DNA of 36,440 nt from a virus (taxonomy: Duplodnaviria > Caudoviricetes): positions 1 to 36,440 of the IMG/VR virus record IMGVR_UViG_3300038797_000043. The stretch is one strand, 5' to 3'. Below are positions 9,271 to 17,535 of this stretch, piece by piece (the first letter of the stretch is position 1; the number at the start of each line of letters is the position of its first letter). The notes beneath the pieces are model-generated. The model ran no database searches. It was not told the DNA's origin and saw only the letters and a program-made list of their open reading frames with translations. The position numbers were made by a program, and so were the translations under genes.

Positions 9271-9557
9271 GTACATACAAACTGGTTTGCCCGCACTGCC
9301 TCGGCCGCATGCGCATCCGCACCAGCGAAGGCACACACATTTTCCTGCGCGTGGCGTACCTGCAATGCACCAACGAGGCCTGCGGCTGGTCGGTGCGTGC
9401 GGAGTTCGAAATGACTCACGAAATGAGTCCCAGCGGCATGGCCAACCCATCGGTGCGCTTGCCGATTGCCGATATCGCCCTGCGTCGCGCCGCGATGAAG
9501 ACCGCCAACGATCAACCCGACCTGCTCGACCAAATGGAAATGGAGTGTGCGCAATGA
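9267..9557 (+). CDS. ogr: Ogr/Delta zinc-finger late transcription activator
   Basis: CPHC...IRTS...YLQCTNEACG...SPSG. Confidence 0.9.
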   Translation: MSTYKLVCPHCLGRMRIRTSEGTHIFLRVAYLQCTNEACGWSVRAEFEMTHEMSPSGMANPSVRLPIADIALRRAAMKTANDQPDLLDQMEMECAQ

Positions 9558-9925
9558 ACCACGATCAGTTGACCCACGACTACCGCAGCAGCATGCAACG
9601 TGCCGCGTTCGCTTACCTGCAACGGCACGAAGCGCAGTACCTGGTGGACTCGGACCTGCTTTATGAAAACTGTGTTCGCCACTTGGCCACGTCGCTGGAG
9701 GTGCCTGTCTTCATGGCGGAGCGACTGGTGCACAACGCTTGGTCAGAATTGCAAGTGATCAATCAGCGCAAGTGGATCGGCGTGGACTGGGGCAACAGCC
9801 CCGGCTGCACGGTTGTGCACTTGATCGACACCCGTGCTGATCTGCGCTACCCGGTACCGGCGAGGCTGCTGCCGCAAAGCCTGCTCGCCCAGCGCGGTTC
9901 CGCGCACAAGCACCACCCTCAGTAA
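9554..9925 (+). CDS. Hypothetical phage protein (123 aa)
   Basis: ATG overlaps ogr stop, GGAG RBS; 3' part of the listed 9068..9925 ORF. Confidence 0.7.
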   Translation: MNHDQLTHDYRSSMQRAAFAYLQRHEAQYLVDSDLLYENCVRHLATSLEVPVFMAERLVHNAWSELQVINQRKWIGVDWGNSPGCTVVHLIDTRADLRYPVPARLLPQSLLAQRGSAHKHHPQ

Positions 9926-10000
9926 CCCCTTTTTAAACAACCCGCCCTGCCCCGCTTCCCGTGGGTTTGGGTGAGCTTTGCCTGAAATCCGAGGTGGATC

Positions 10001-10234
10001 ATGGAAATCGACATCGCCATCACCGCAAAACTGCCCCGCGCACAGGCCGAAGCCCTGCTCCAGGCACTGCGCGCCCAGTACTCGATGCAGTTCAACGAGT
10101 ACTGGTATGACGATCGCTTTCGCGCGATCCCCGAAGGTTTACGGCACGGCTCGCTGCTATCGGCCTTCCCGGTGATGGCCGCGCAAAAACGCCTGATTGG
10201 CGCCCTTAAATACAGTCTCGGCGAAGTGAAGTAA
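10001..10234 (+). CDS. Hypothetical phage protein (77 aa)
   Basis: GAGGTGG RBS; fills the gap before the primase. Confidence 0.72.
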   Translation: MEIDIAITAKLPRAQAEALLQALRAQYSMQFNEYWYDDRFRAIPEGLRHGSLLSAFPVMAAQKRLIGALKYSLGEVK

Positions 10235-10240
10235 GCCCCG

Positions 10241-12955
10241 ATGAACATGAAACACGATTTGCGCGCCGACATTCTGCAACGCCTTGAATCCGATTACGGA
10301 CTCAAACACAAAGCCGGCAAATACATGCGCCAGGGCGAATGCCCGGCGTGCAAGAAAAAGGAGCTGTACGCCTTCCATGATGACCCGTGGATGATTCGTT
10401 GCGGCCGGGGCAAGTGTGGCCAGACCTGGCACGTTAAAGAAATTTACGAAGACCTGTTTGAGGACTGGAGCAAACGCGCCCCGGCCAGTGAGCAACATCC
10501 CAGCGCCACCGCCCGTGCCTATCTGGAATTTGCCCGAGGCTTTCGGCTTGATTTGATTCAAGGCTGGTTCACGCAGGAAACGTATTTCTCCGGCGAACTG
10601 AATGCCGGCAGCGCAACGGTGCGCTTCGCGTTGGAGAAAGGTGGCTACTGGGAGCGCCTGATCGACCGGCCGCACCGGTTCGGCAAGATGAAAGCGCGGT
10701 TCAAACCTGGCGATAGCCCGCGTGGGTACTGGTGGTGCCCGCCATGTGTCGAGCTGCTGGACGTCAAAGAGCTGTGGATTGTCGAGGGCATCTTCGACGC
10801 CATCGCTCTGGTGCATAACGGCATTGCAGCCGTGTCGGCGATGTCGTCGGCCTTCTTCCCCGAAGATTCTTTGAAAGAGCTGGCCCGACAGCGCGGCGGC
10901 AAATTGCCCAAGCTCATTTGGGCATTGGACAACGAACCCGGCGCGCACAAATACACCAAGCGTTGGGTGCGTCAGGCTCGCGCCCTGGGCTACGAGTGCG
11001 AAGCGGCACAGATCCCGCAATCGGACAGCCGCAAGGTTGATTGGAACGATCTGCATCAGCGTTGGGCATTCATCGATGGCGAGAGCGAGCGTGCCGAGCA
11101 GATCGACAAGGACCTGGCCACCGCTCGCTATCACGGCTCCCTGCTGATCGCCGAAAGCGCGTCTGAGAAAGGCGTGTTGATGTACGAATGGCGCGAGCGC
11201 CACGAGTTTCACTTCGGCTTCGACAGTCGGCTCTACTGGTTCAAGATGGACCTGGAGAAATTCAACAAGGCCATGCAGGCGCTGGAATCTTCCGAGCGCC
11301 ACGAAGACCAGTTACTGAACGAAAAGCAGCGTCGCGAAAAGGCCCTGCGCCAATGCGGTGGTGTGGTGGAAATCGCCAACTGCTACCCACAGGCGCTGTA
11401 CTTCCAGCGCAACGAAGTCACCGACGAATCCTGGTACTACTTCCGCGTCGATTTCCCGCACGACAGCGGCAGCGTCAAGAACACTTTCACCGGTGGCCAG
11501 GTCGCGGCCGCCAGCGAATTCAAGAAACGCTTGCTCAGCATGGCCGCCGGCGCCGTGTTCACCGGCAGCGGGCAGCAGCTCGACAAGATCATGAAAGACC
11601 AGCTGTTCGGCCTGAAAACGGTCGAGACCATCGACTTCATCGGCTACAGCAAATTGCACGGCTGCTATGTGTTTGGCGACCTCGCGGTACGCGGCGGCAT
11701 TGTCAGCGTGGTGAACAAGGAGGACTTTTTCGAGTTCGGCAAGCTGCGGCTCAAGACACTGCAGAAGTCGATCGCCATGCACATACAGCGCGACAGTAAA
11801 CAGTACCGCACCGACTGGCTGCCGATGCTGTGGCTGTGCTTTGGCGCCAAGGGCATCGTCGCGCTGGCATTCTGGTTTGGCTCGCTGTTCGCCGAGCAGA
11901 TCCGCGCGCAGTACAAGTCCTATCCGTTCCTTGAGGTGACTGGTGAAGCCGGCGCCGGCAAGACCACGCTGCTGACCTTCCTGTGGAAATTGCTGGGCCG
12001 TGAGCATGAAGGTTTTGACCCGTCGAAATCGACCCGTGCCGGACGCCAGCGCGCCATGGGTCAAGTCTCCAACATGCCGGTTGTGCTGATCGAGGGCGAC
12101 CGCAATGAGCCGGACAAGGCGCACGCCAAGGGCTTTGACTGGGACGAACTGAAAGACTTCTACGGCGGCGGCACGCTCGGCACCAAGGGCATGAAAACCA
12201 GCGGTAACGAGACTTACGAACCGCCGTTCCGGGGCGCGATTGCGATCAGCCAGAACGCCGATGTCAGCGCCTCTGAAGCGATTCTGACCCGGATTATCAA
12301 ATCGCACTTTGCACGCCCGGAAGTCACCACCGAGAGCCGTGCAGCGGCAGACAACCTGAACCTGATCCCGGTCGAGCAACTGAGCCACTTCCTACTGATC
12401 GCCGTGCGCGCTGAAGCGCAGGTGATGGCCAAGTTCTCCGAACGCGTGCTGATCCATGAGCAGCAGTTGCGCAAGCTCAAAGAAATCCGCGTGGAACGGA
12501 TCATCAAGAACCACAGCCAGTTGATGGCTCTGGTCGATTGCCTGCGCCTGGTGTGCCCGCTCGATGACAACCACGTTGCCACGACGCACCAGGCACTGAT
12601 GGTCATGGCGCTGGAGCGGCAAGCCGCGATCAGCGCCGACCACCCACTGGTTGCCGAGTTCTGGGAAGTCTACGAATACCTCGAAAGCCTGGGCGAAGGC
12701 CCGCAGGTCAACCACAGCACCGACCCGAAACTCATCGCGATCAACCTCAACGAGTTCGCCGAGAAGGCCAGCGAGCATCGGCAGAACCTCGCCGACCTCA
12801 AAACCTTGCGCGGGCTGCTGATCAACAGCCGCAGCCACAAATGGCTGGAATCGAACAAGGCCGTGTACAGCGCAGTCCGCGCATCACAAGCGGCCGGCAA
12901 CGCGATGTTCAACAAACCCACCACCGTGCGCTGCTGGATTTTTCAGAGCGCGTAA
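10241..12955 (+). CDS. Zn-finger/Toprim primase - P-loop helicase replication protein
   Basis: CPAC...CGRGKC; IVEGIFDA, ALDNE, DWND Toprim motifs; Walker A GEAGAGKT. Confidence 0.92.
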   Translation: MNMKHDLRADILQRLESDYGLKHKAGKYMRQGECPACKKKELYAFHDDPWMIRCGRGKCGQTWHVKEIYEDLFEDWSKRAPASEQHPSATARAYLEFARGFRLDLIQGWFTQETYFSGELNAGSATVRFALEKGGYWERLIDRPHRFGKMKARFKPGDSPRGYWWCPPCVELLDVKELWIVEGIFDAIALVHNGIAAVSAMSSAFFPEDSLKELARQRGGKLPKLIWALDNEPGAHKYTKRWVRQARALGYECEAAQIPQSDSRKVDWNDLHQRWAFIDGESERAEQIDKDLATARYHGSLLIAESASEKGVLMYEWRERHEFHFGFDSRLYWFKMDLEKFNKAMQALESSERHEDQLLNEKQRREKALRQCGGVVEIANCYPQALYFQRNEVTDESWYYFRVDFPHDSGSVKNTFTGGQVAAASEFKKRLLSMAAGAVFTGSGQQLDKIMKDQLFGLKTVETIDFIGYSKLHGCYVFGDLAVRGGIVSVVNKEDFFEFGKLRLKTLQKSIAMHIQRDSKQYRTDWLPMLWLCFGAKGIVALAFWFGSLFAEQIRAQYKSYPFLEVTGEAGAGKTTLLTFLWKLLGREHEGFDPSKSTRAGRQRAMGQVSNMPVVLIEGDRNEPDKAHAKGFDWDELKDFYGGGTLGTKGMKTSGNETYEPPFRGAIAISQNADVSASEAILTRIIKSHFARPEVTTESRAAADNLNLIPVEQLSHFLLIAVRAEAQVMAKFSERVLIHEQQLRKLKEIRVERIIKNHSQLMALVDCLRLVCPLDDNHVATTHQALMVMALERQAAISADHPLVAEFWEVYEYLESLGEGPQVNHSTDPKLIAINLNEFAEKASEHRQNLADLKTLRGLLINSRSHKWLESNKAVYSAVRASQAAGNAMFNKPTTVRCWIFQSA

Positions 12956-12982
12956 TCCGCTGTAACCAAAGGAGCTACACCG

Positions 12983-13804
12983 ATGCAAAACGAACTGAAA
13001 ACCGCTATCCGCTTCGAGAATTTCTGGGAAGCATTCGGCCCACGGGGCGTTATTGCCCTCGCGTGGTGGATGGGTGCAAGGCACGCTGAAGCCATCCGCG
13101 AAGAGCAAATGAGCTTTCCGATTTTGCACATCGAAGGCGCAGCCGCCAGCGGCAAGTCCACCTTGCAGACCTATCTGTGGAAGCTGCTCGGACAGGACAA
13201 CTTTTCTGAGTGCGACCCTTACCGCGCAACACGCTTGGGGCGTCTACGCACGCTCGCCAACACCGGCAATGGCGTTGCGAGTTTCTACTGTGAACCTTCG
13301 CACACTGACTCTGACTTTGATTGGGATGAGCTTCGACCGCTGTTCAACAGTGGAAATGCTCTCTACTGCAGCACGCAAGGTGTCGAAAACATCACGTTCA
13401 GTGGCGCTGTGATGATCTCCAGTCATTTCCCTCCCAAGTGGAGCGAGGCGTTCGAGAGTCGGGTTGCGCGTATCAGGCTGATGGGGTGCCACACGGCCGA
13501 TGGCAGAAGCAACGTAACGCTTCTGAACTCACTCACAGCCGAGCAAGGTGGTGGGTTTTGCAAGGCGCTGGATCAACGCGCCGCGCAAACCGTCAGCACC
13601 GTGAACAGGCTGGCTAATGCCTACGCCGCCACTCTTCTCGAACAACATCCCGAACAATTGAGCCGCCGAGCCGCCAAGAACGGCGGGCAGCTGATGGCAC
13701 TGGTGGATGTCCTCAGTCTGTTGCTGGGCCTATCGGATGAACAACGGCGCCGCTCTTTGAATGTGGTCACGGACTGCATTCATCCGGAATTCATTCCCTA
13801 CTGA
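12983..13804 (+). CDS. Stand-alone paralog of the helicase domain of the upstream replicase
   Basis: Walker A GAAASGKST; shares FG.+G++ALA+W.G, LWKLLG, FDWDEL and KN..QLMALVD with 10241..12955. Confidence 0.85.
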   Translation: MQNELKTAIRFENFWEAFGPRGVIALAWWMGARHAEAIREEQMSFPILHIEGAAASGKSTLQTYLWKLLGQDNFSECDPYRATRLGRLRTLANTGNGVASFYCEPSHTDSDFDWDELRPLFNSGNALYCSTQGVENITFSGAVMISSHFPPKWSEAFESRVARIRLMGCHTADGRSNVTLLNSLTAEQGGGFCKALDQRAAQTVSTVNRLANAYAATLLEQHPEQLSRRAAKNGGQLMALVDVLSLLLGLSDEQRRRSLNVVTDCIHPEFIPY

Positions 13805-13820
13805 ATCTCGCTCGGGATTT

Positions 13821-13869
13821 GCTCCAGGCGCTGCAACGCCGGAGCCTCCAAAGGAGAAGCACCATGCAA
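13821..13869 (+). repeat. Hairpin(CTGCAA loop)-RBS-ATGCAA unit, copy 1
   Basis: GCTCC(A)GGCG CTGCAA CGCC GGAGC...AAAGGAGAAGCACCATGCAA. Confidence 0.85.
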
Positions 13870-14232
13870 GTACAACCCACTATCGGCGCCGACGCGTTGA
13901 AGGCGATCAGCGAACGATTCGCCGCAGAAGAGCGCGAGCGCCCTGCAATCCGAGCCGCAGGTATCGCCGCACTGCATCGCCTGCTGCCGGTTGCTCAGCG
14001 TTGTTCAGGGCAAAGCCGAATCGTCGGGCGCTTCCTGCTCAGTCTCTACAACGGCCAAGTATTCCCGTTCGCCCTGACCGATCTACGCGGTCTCGATACA
14101 GCCCTCTTCAACGACTGTATCGCTCTGCTGCACATGGATCAGCGCCCCGAAATGGAGGTGCACGAGTACATCGATAACGGCCACGCGATCTGGTCACAAC
14201 TGAAAAAAGATTGGGCTGCACAAGAAATCTGA
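13864..14232 (+). CDS. Hypothetical phage protein (122 aa)
   Basis: AAGGAG RBS; SGQSRIVGRFLLSLYNG...LTDLRGLD. Confidence 0.8.
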   Translation: MQVQPTIGADALKAISERFAAEERERPAIRAAGIAALHRLLPVAQRCSGQSRIVGRFLLSLYNGQVFPFALTDLRGLDTALFNDCIALLHMDQRPEMEVHEYIDNGHAIWSQLKKDWAAQEI

Positions 14233-14259
14233 ACACCGGTCAAGCCGGAAAAAAGAAGT

Positions 14260-14318
14260 GGTGCCGAGGGGCTGCAACCCCTCGGCACCGACCACCCCAA
14301 AGGAGAAGCACCATGCAA
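14260..14318 (+). repeat. Hairpin(CTGCAA loop)-RBS-ATGCAA unit, copy 2
   Basis: Perfect 12-bp stem GGTGCCGAGGGG CTGCAA CCCCTCGGCACC...AAAGGAGAAGCACCATGCAA. Confidence 0.88.
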
Positions 14319-14576
14319 GCACAAAACCCAAGTGGCAGCGGCACAGAGGCTATCACGAACACCTTCAACGTCGGTGATGACGTGAATTATGTGGTCGGCC
14401 GCAGCACTGGACACAGCGTCAGTTTCAGCGTGCGTGAAGGAACCATCGCGGAAATCTCGGCCGGTGTCGCCATCGTCAAATCCCGCAACGGGCGCCGCTC
14501 AACTCAGCCTCTGAACAAGCTCACGCACCAAGGCCAGCGGAACGCCCTCACTCGCGCATTACTCGGGGAGGCTTGA
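14313..14576 (+). CDS. Hypothetical protein, possibly SH3/KOW-like beta barrel (87 aa)
   Basis: AAGGAG RBS; FNVGDDVNY...REGTIAEI pattern. Confidence 0.72.
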   Translation: MQAQNPSGSGTEAITNTFNVGDDVNYVVGRSTGHSVSFSVREGTIAEISAGVAIVKSRNGRRSTQPLNKLTHQGQRNALTRALLGEA

Positions 14577-14794
14577 GCGTGGACGTCTCAGCAACGAAAC
14601 GCACACGCCCTCCCATGGCAAGCCACCGGCTGGACCTGCCGAGCCGATGTGACATTTGCGGGAAAGCTCGATCGACTCGCAAGCACCAGGTTTGTAGCCG
14701 GATCCGGCAGCAGCGCAAGGCTGACGAATGGGCCGAGCTGATGGCGGCGCGGGCTGAAGCGAAGAACAACCAACCTCGGCGCTACGCGCGCTGA
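14573..14794 (+). CDS. Small basic protein with putative C2HC zinc site
   Basis: CDICGKARSTRKHQVC; start overlaps upstream stop, GGAGG RBS. Confidence 0.7.
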   Translation: MSVDVSATKRTRPPMASHRLDLPSRCDICGKARSTRKHQVCSRIRQQRKADEWAELMAARAEAKNNQPRRYAR

Positions 14795-14816
14795 ACTGAA
14801 TCACGGGGCGAACAAC

Positions 14817-14865
14817 GGGGAGCTGCAACTCCCCATCGTCCGCGATAGGAAGAAGCACCATGCAA
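14817..14865 (+). repeat. Hairpin(CTGCAA loop)-RBS-ATGCAA unit, copy 3
   Basis: GGGGAG CTGCAA CTCCCC...AGGAAGAAGCACCATGCAA. Confidence 0.82.
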
Positions 14866-14916
14866 ATACCAAAACGGATAGAACCGAATGTTTCGCAACA
14901 GCAGGCCACGCTATGA
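14860..14916 (+). CDS. 18-aa leader ORF MQIPKRIEPNVSQQQATL
   Basis: Starts in repeat copy 3; its TGA overlaps the ATG at 14913 (ATGA). Confidence 0.45.
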   Translation: MQIPKRIEPNVSQQQATL

Positions 14917-15164
14917 CTGTTTTCCTGTTGCTATACCTGTGCGCGGATGCGTCTCGGACGGATTGCCAAGTGTTTCCAGCGCAACAATGGGCTGGCGATA
15001 CCGCTTACGAACAGTGCCTCGAGGCTGTTCCCGGACTCACCAAAGCCCTGACTGCAAGCAACCGAGAGCGGCACAGATTCGTCTGCGAAATCCAGACGGA
15101 GGCCGCAAAGCCGGCGGAAGAAATAGCCCGGCCGAGGTTCATTCACCAATCGTTTCGGATGTGA
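14913..15164 (+). CDS. Small 4-Cys hypothetical protein with hydrophobic N-terminus
   Basis: MTVFLLLYLC...DC...QC...FVCE. Confidence 0.65.
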   Translation: MTVFLLLYLCADASRTDCQVFPAQQWAGDTAYEQCLEAVPGLTKALTASNRERHRFVCEIQTEAAKPAEEIARPRFIHQSFRM

Positions 15165-15174
15165 GGGCAGCATC

Positions 15175-15450
15175 ATGAACACAGCTTTTATTCTGATGGC
15201 CCAGTACGACGGCCAGGCAATAATTCCGCTTGATCGGGTGTGCCGGGACTACTTCACGCATCTGACGCCCGACATGTTCCAGCGCAAGGTGTTGAGTGGT
15301 CAGATCAAAATCCCGATCACCCGGCTGGAGCCGAGCCAGAAGTCCGCCAAGGGTATTCACATCGGCGACCTGGCGGCTTACCTCGATCTCCAGCGCGCCG
15401 CCGCGGTGAAAGAGAACAATCAGCTCAACGGCTTAAAACCCGCCTTTTGA
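15175..15450 (+). CDS. PrtN-family DNA-binding protein, probable excisionase/RDF
   Basis: MNTAFILMAQYDG.AIIPL..VCRDYF; convergent with and overlapping integrase 3' end. Confidence 0.82.
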   Translation: MNTAFILMAQYDGQAIIPLDRVCRDYFTHLTPDMFQRKVLSGQIKIPITRLEPSQKSAKGIHIGDLAAYLDLQRAAAVKENNQLNGLKPAF

Positions 15451-16576
15451 GCCATTTCATTGATGCGGCGCCCAGTTGGACGGGCGCCCTCAATATCTTT
15501 TCGTGCCACTCCCATCCCACATACCGATCACCCTTACCGCGCAGGTGGGTGTAGCGTCGCAGCGAATTCCAGTCTCTGTGTCCCGACACGCTCGCCACGC
15601 GCGGAATGTCCCAGTCCATTTCAAACAACCGGCTTACACCTTCATGCCGGAGGTCGTGAAAGTGCAGGTCAGCGATTTCCAGGAATTTGCAGGCCTTCGC
15701 CCAGGAGGTGGAAATAGACTCAGGGCTGTACGGGAAAATGTCTTCGCCGGCCTTCGGCATCGTTTGGAGGATCTGCCACGCTTCGTCAGGCAAGTAACAC
15801 CAGACGTCGTTGCCGATCTTCTGGCCGGGGTTCTTCATGTCCCGAACCAGGACTCGCTGGCCAGCCTCGTCGACGTCCGCCCAGCGAATGCGCGTTATCT
15901 CATCGAGACGGCGGGTTGAGAACAACGCGAAGCCGACGACCTTCAGCATGTTGGTGACGCTTGGGCGCCTGGCCTGCATTTCCTCGTAATGCGTCATGAG
16001 CTTGCCCAGCTCATCCAGTGTCGGGCGGCGGTCCCGCTCGCGACTTTTGAGGTTGTAGCCGAGTTTGCGCAGCACTCGCCGGGCACCGCCCATGGCAAGC
16101 GGATCGACCTGATAGCCCCATGCGTCTCGAGCGATGGAGAGCACGGCGCCGAGGTGCGCGAGGTCATTGCCGGCTGTTTGCGGCAGGACGCCTCCCCCTC
16201 CGGCACTCATCCGCCACAGGGCGAAGTCCACTAGACATTGAGTATTGATGTCGGTGTCATTGAGCTTGCCGAAGTAGCTGGCGCCGATGGCCGTGAGCGT
16301 GGCCTTCTTGGTTTTGCCCAGCGGCCGCGCCTTTTCGACTTCGCGCAGATACTGGTCGATCATTTCTTTGGCAGTGGCGCCTTTGCGGCTCGCCCGCTCG
16401 ATCGCACCTGGTTCATCCAGTTCCGATTGACGCTTGCGCGCCCAGGCCTGCGCAGCCTGTTTCCGGGCGAAGGTCTGGCTCTCTTGGTAGACTTGCACCC
16501 CATCACGCTTGAGTCGGATCTGAGCGGTGTAGCTCACAGACCCATCCGCCAGTTTTCTTGCCCTGATAGCTGCCAT
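15425..16576 (-). CDS. int: Tyrosine integrase of the dusA-associated type
   Basis: STRRLDEI, KNP, HFHDLRHEG, SGHRDWNSLRRYTH catalytic motifs; likely start MAAIRARK at 16576. Confidence 0.93.
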   Translation of the reverse strand: MAAIRARKLADGSVSYTAQIRLKRDGVQVYQESQTFARKQAAQAWARKRQSELDEPGAIERASRKGATAKEMIDQYLREVEKARPLGKTKKATLTAIGASYFGKLNDTDINTQCLVDFALWRMSAGGGGVLPQTAGNDLAHLGAVLSIARDAWGYQVDPLAMGGARRVLRKLGYNLKSRERDRRPTLDELGKLMTHYEEMQARRPSVTNMLKVVGFALFSTRRLDEITRIRWADVDEAGQRVLVRDMKNPGQKIGNDVWCYLPDEAWQILQTMPKAGEDIFPYSPESISTSWAKACKFLEIADLHFHDLRHEGVSRLFEMDWDIPRVASVSGHRDWNSLRRYTHLRGKGDRYVGWEWHEKILRAPVQLGAASMKWLKRRVLSR

Positions 16577-16578
16577 AT

Positions 16579-16840
16579 CGAAAGTGGTACGCGTCGGTTT
16601 TGAAGTGGTACATCGTACCACCGAGACCTGAAAAACGCCTGAAAACGCCCCAAAACACGCCGAATACACGTTGAGTAAAATGGTACAGAATCAGAGCTTT
16701 AGCCCAGTAAAACCAAGGCCTACGCTGTCTCGGCGGTTTAGTGTCGCCCCCATGATGGATTGGCACGGCTAATCCTGTAGGCCGCTAAACCTCTGGCCTC
16801 CAGCATCGTCAAGAAACACGCGTACCACTTTCGTACCACC
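16579..16840. other. attP-like junction: dusA core flanked by arm-type repeats
   Basis: Core region TTTAGTGTCGCCCCCATGATGGATTGG (16737-16763); perfect 16-bp inverted repeat 16579-16594 / 16818-16833; additional TGGTAC/GTACCA copies. Confidence 0.82.
16680..16772 (+). pseudogene. dusA: Phage-borne replacement 5' end of dusA (30 codons), not fused to the rest of dusA here
   Basis: MVQNQSFSPVKPRPTLSRRFSVAPMMDW-HG*; RRFSVAPMMDW is the conserved DusA N-terminal motif. Confidence 0.85.
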
Positions 16841-17033
16841 CATTTTCTTATTCTCTCCTGGCGGGACAAGCGACGCTCCTCTTTCATCGTCGACACACAC
16901 GCCAGTCGCTCCAATCCCAAGCACTTCCTACAAGCGTTTCCGCACGGGCAAAAGGACCTGCGCGAGAGAGTCCCTTTATCATCTGCGTGAGTGAGCCCAG
17001 CGGCCATCGGCTGCGCCGCCTTGTAGGAGATGC

Positions 17034-17359
17034 CGTTTTTCGGGAAAGGCATCGGAAAAAGGTAATTTTGGTAAGCCGAACGGTCAATCTTGCTGAGAGC
17101 CTTGATTTCACTGGGCTGCAAAGGATCGGCATGAAGTAATTTTTGAGTAATGTAGAAGTAAGGTAATTACCTTTTAAGGAAGTAATATTTGTTTTTGTGC
17201 ATCCCTTATAAATCAACCACTTACAACCACATTACCTTTTTCATTACTCAAAATTACCTTCCGAAGTAAGCCAGCAAAGCCAATGAATACGGGGCTTTTC
17301 CGGTGTTCCGATATTTGAATTACCACATTACCTTTTTCCGATGGCGTTCCTGAAAAACC
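17034..17359. repeat. Nested inverted RGTAAT/ATTACY iteron array with central IHF-like site; putative replication origin
   Basis: 17-bp perfect IR 17050-17066 / 17327-17343; inner IR ~17134-17167 / 17231-17260; AATCAACCACTTA at 17211-17223 fits WATCAANNNNTTR. Confidence 0.7.
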
Positions 17360-17535
17360 CGCATCGAAAGGTTCGTCTACCTGCCTCCCGCTTCGCCAGA
17401 TCCGCCCTGTCAGACCCCCACCCTTCGCAGGGATCCGCAGGCTTTTGAACCTTCGACGCCACTACTACAGCGCCCGGCTGTGGGGGCGCTTGGCCAAGTG
17501 CAGGACTGCGGAAAAAAAGACCCATTTAGCCCGCA

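Noticed and set aside
9068-9553. 5' part of the 285-aa ORF 9068..9925
   Set aside because: Overlaps CII-like and ogr genes in other frames; the real start is most likely ATG 9554
10157-12838. Long reverse-strand ORFs opposite the replicase (and 34121..35680 opposite sheath, etc.)
   Set aside because: Antisense shadows of GC-rich coding sequence; no RBS or motifs
13821-14865. Hairpin repeats as a CRISPR array or integron attC sites
   Set aside because: Spacing is 440-560 bp with whole genes between; stems differ; no cas genes; no RYYYAAC/GTTRRRY ends or IntI
16577-16669. N-terminal extension of the integrase in the ORF track
   Set aside because: Covers arm-type and direct repeats; MAAIRARK at 16576 is the more typical start
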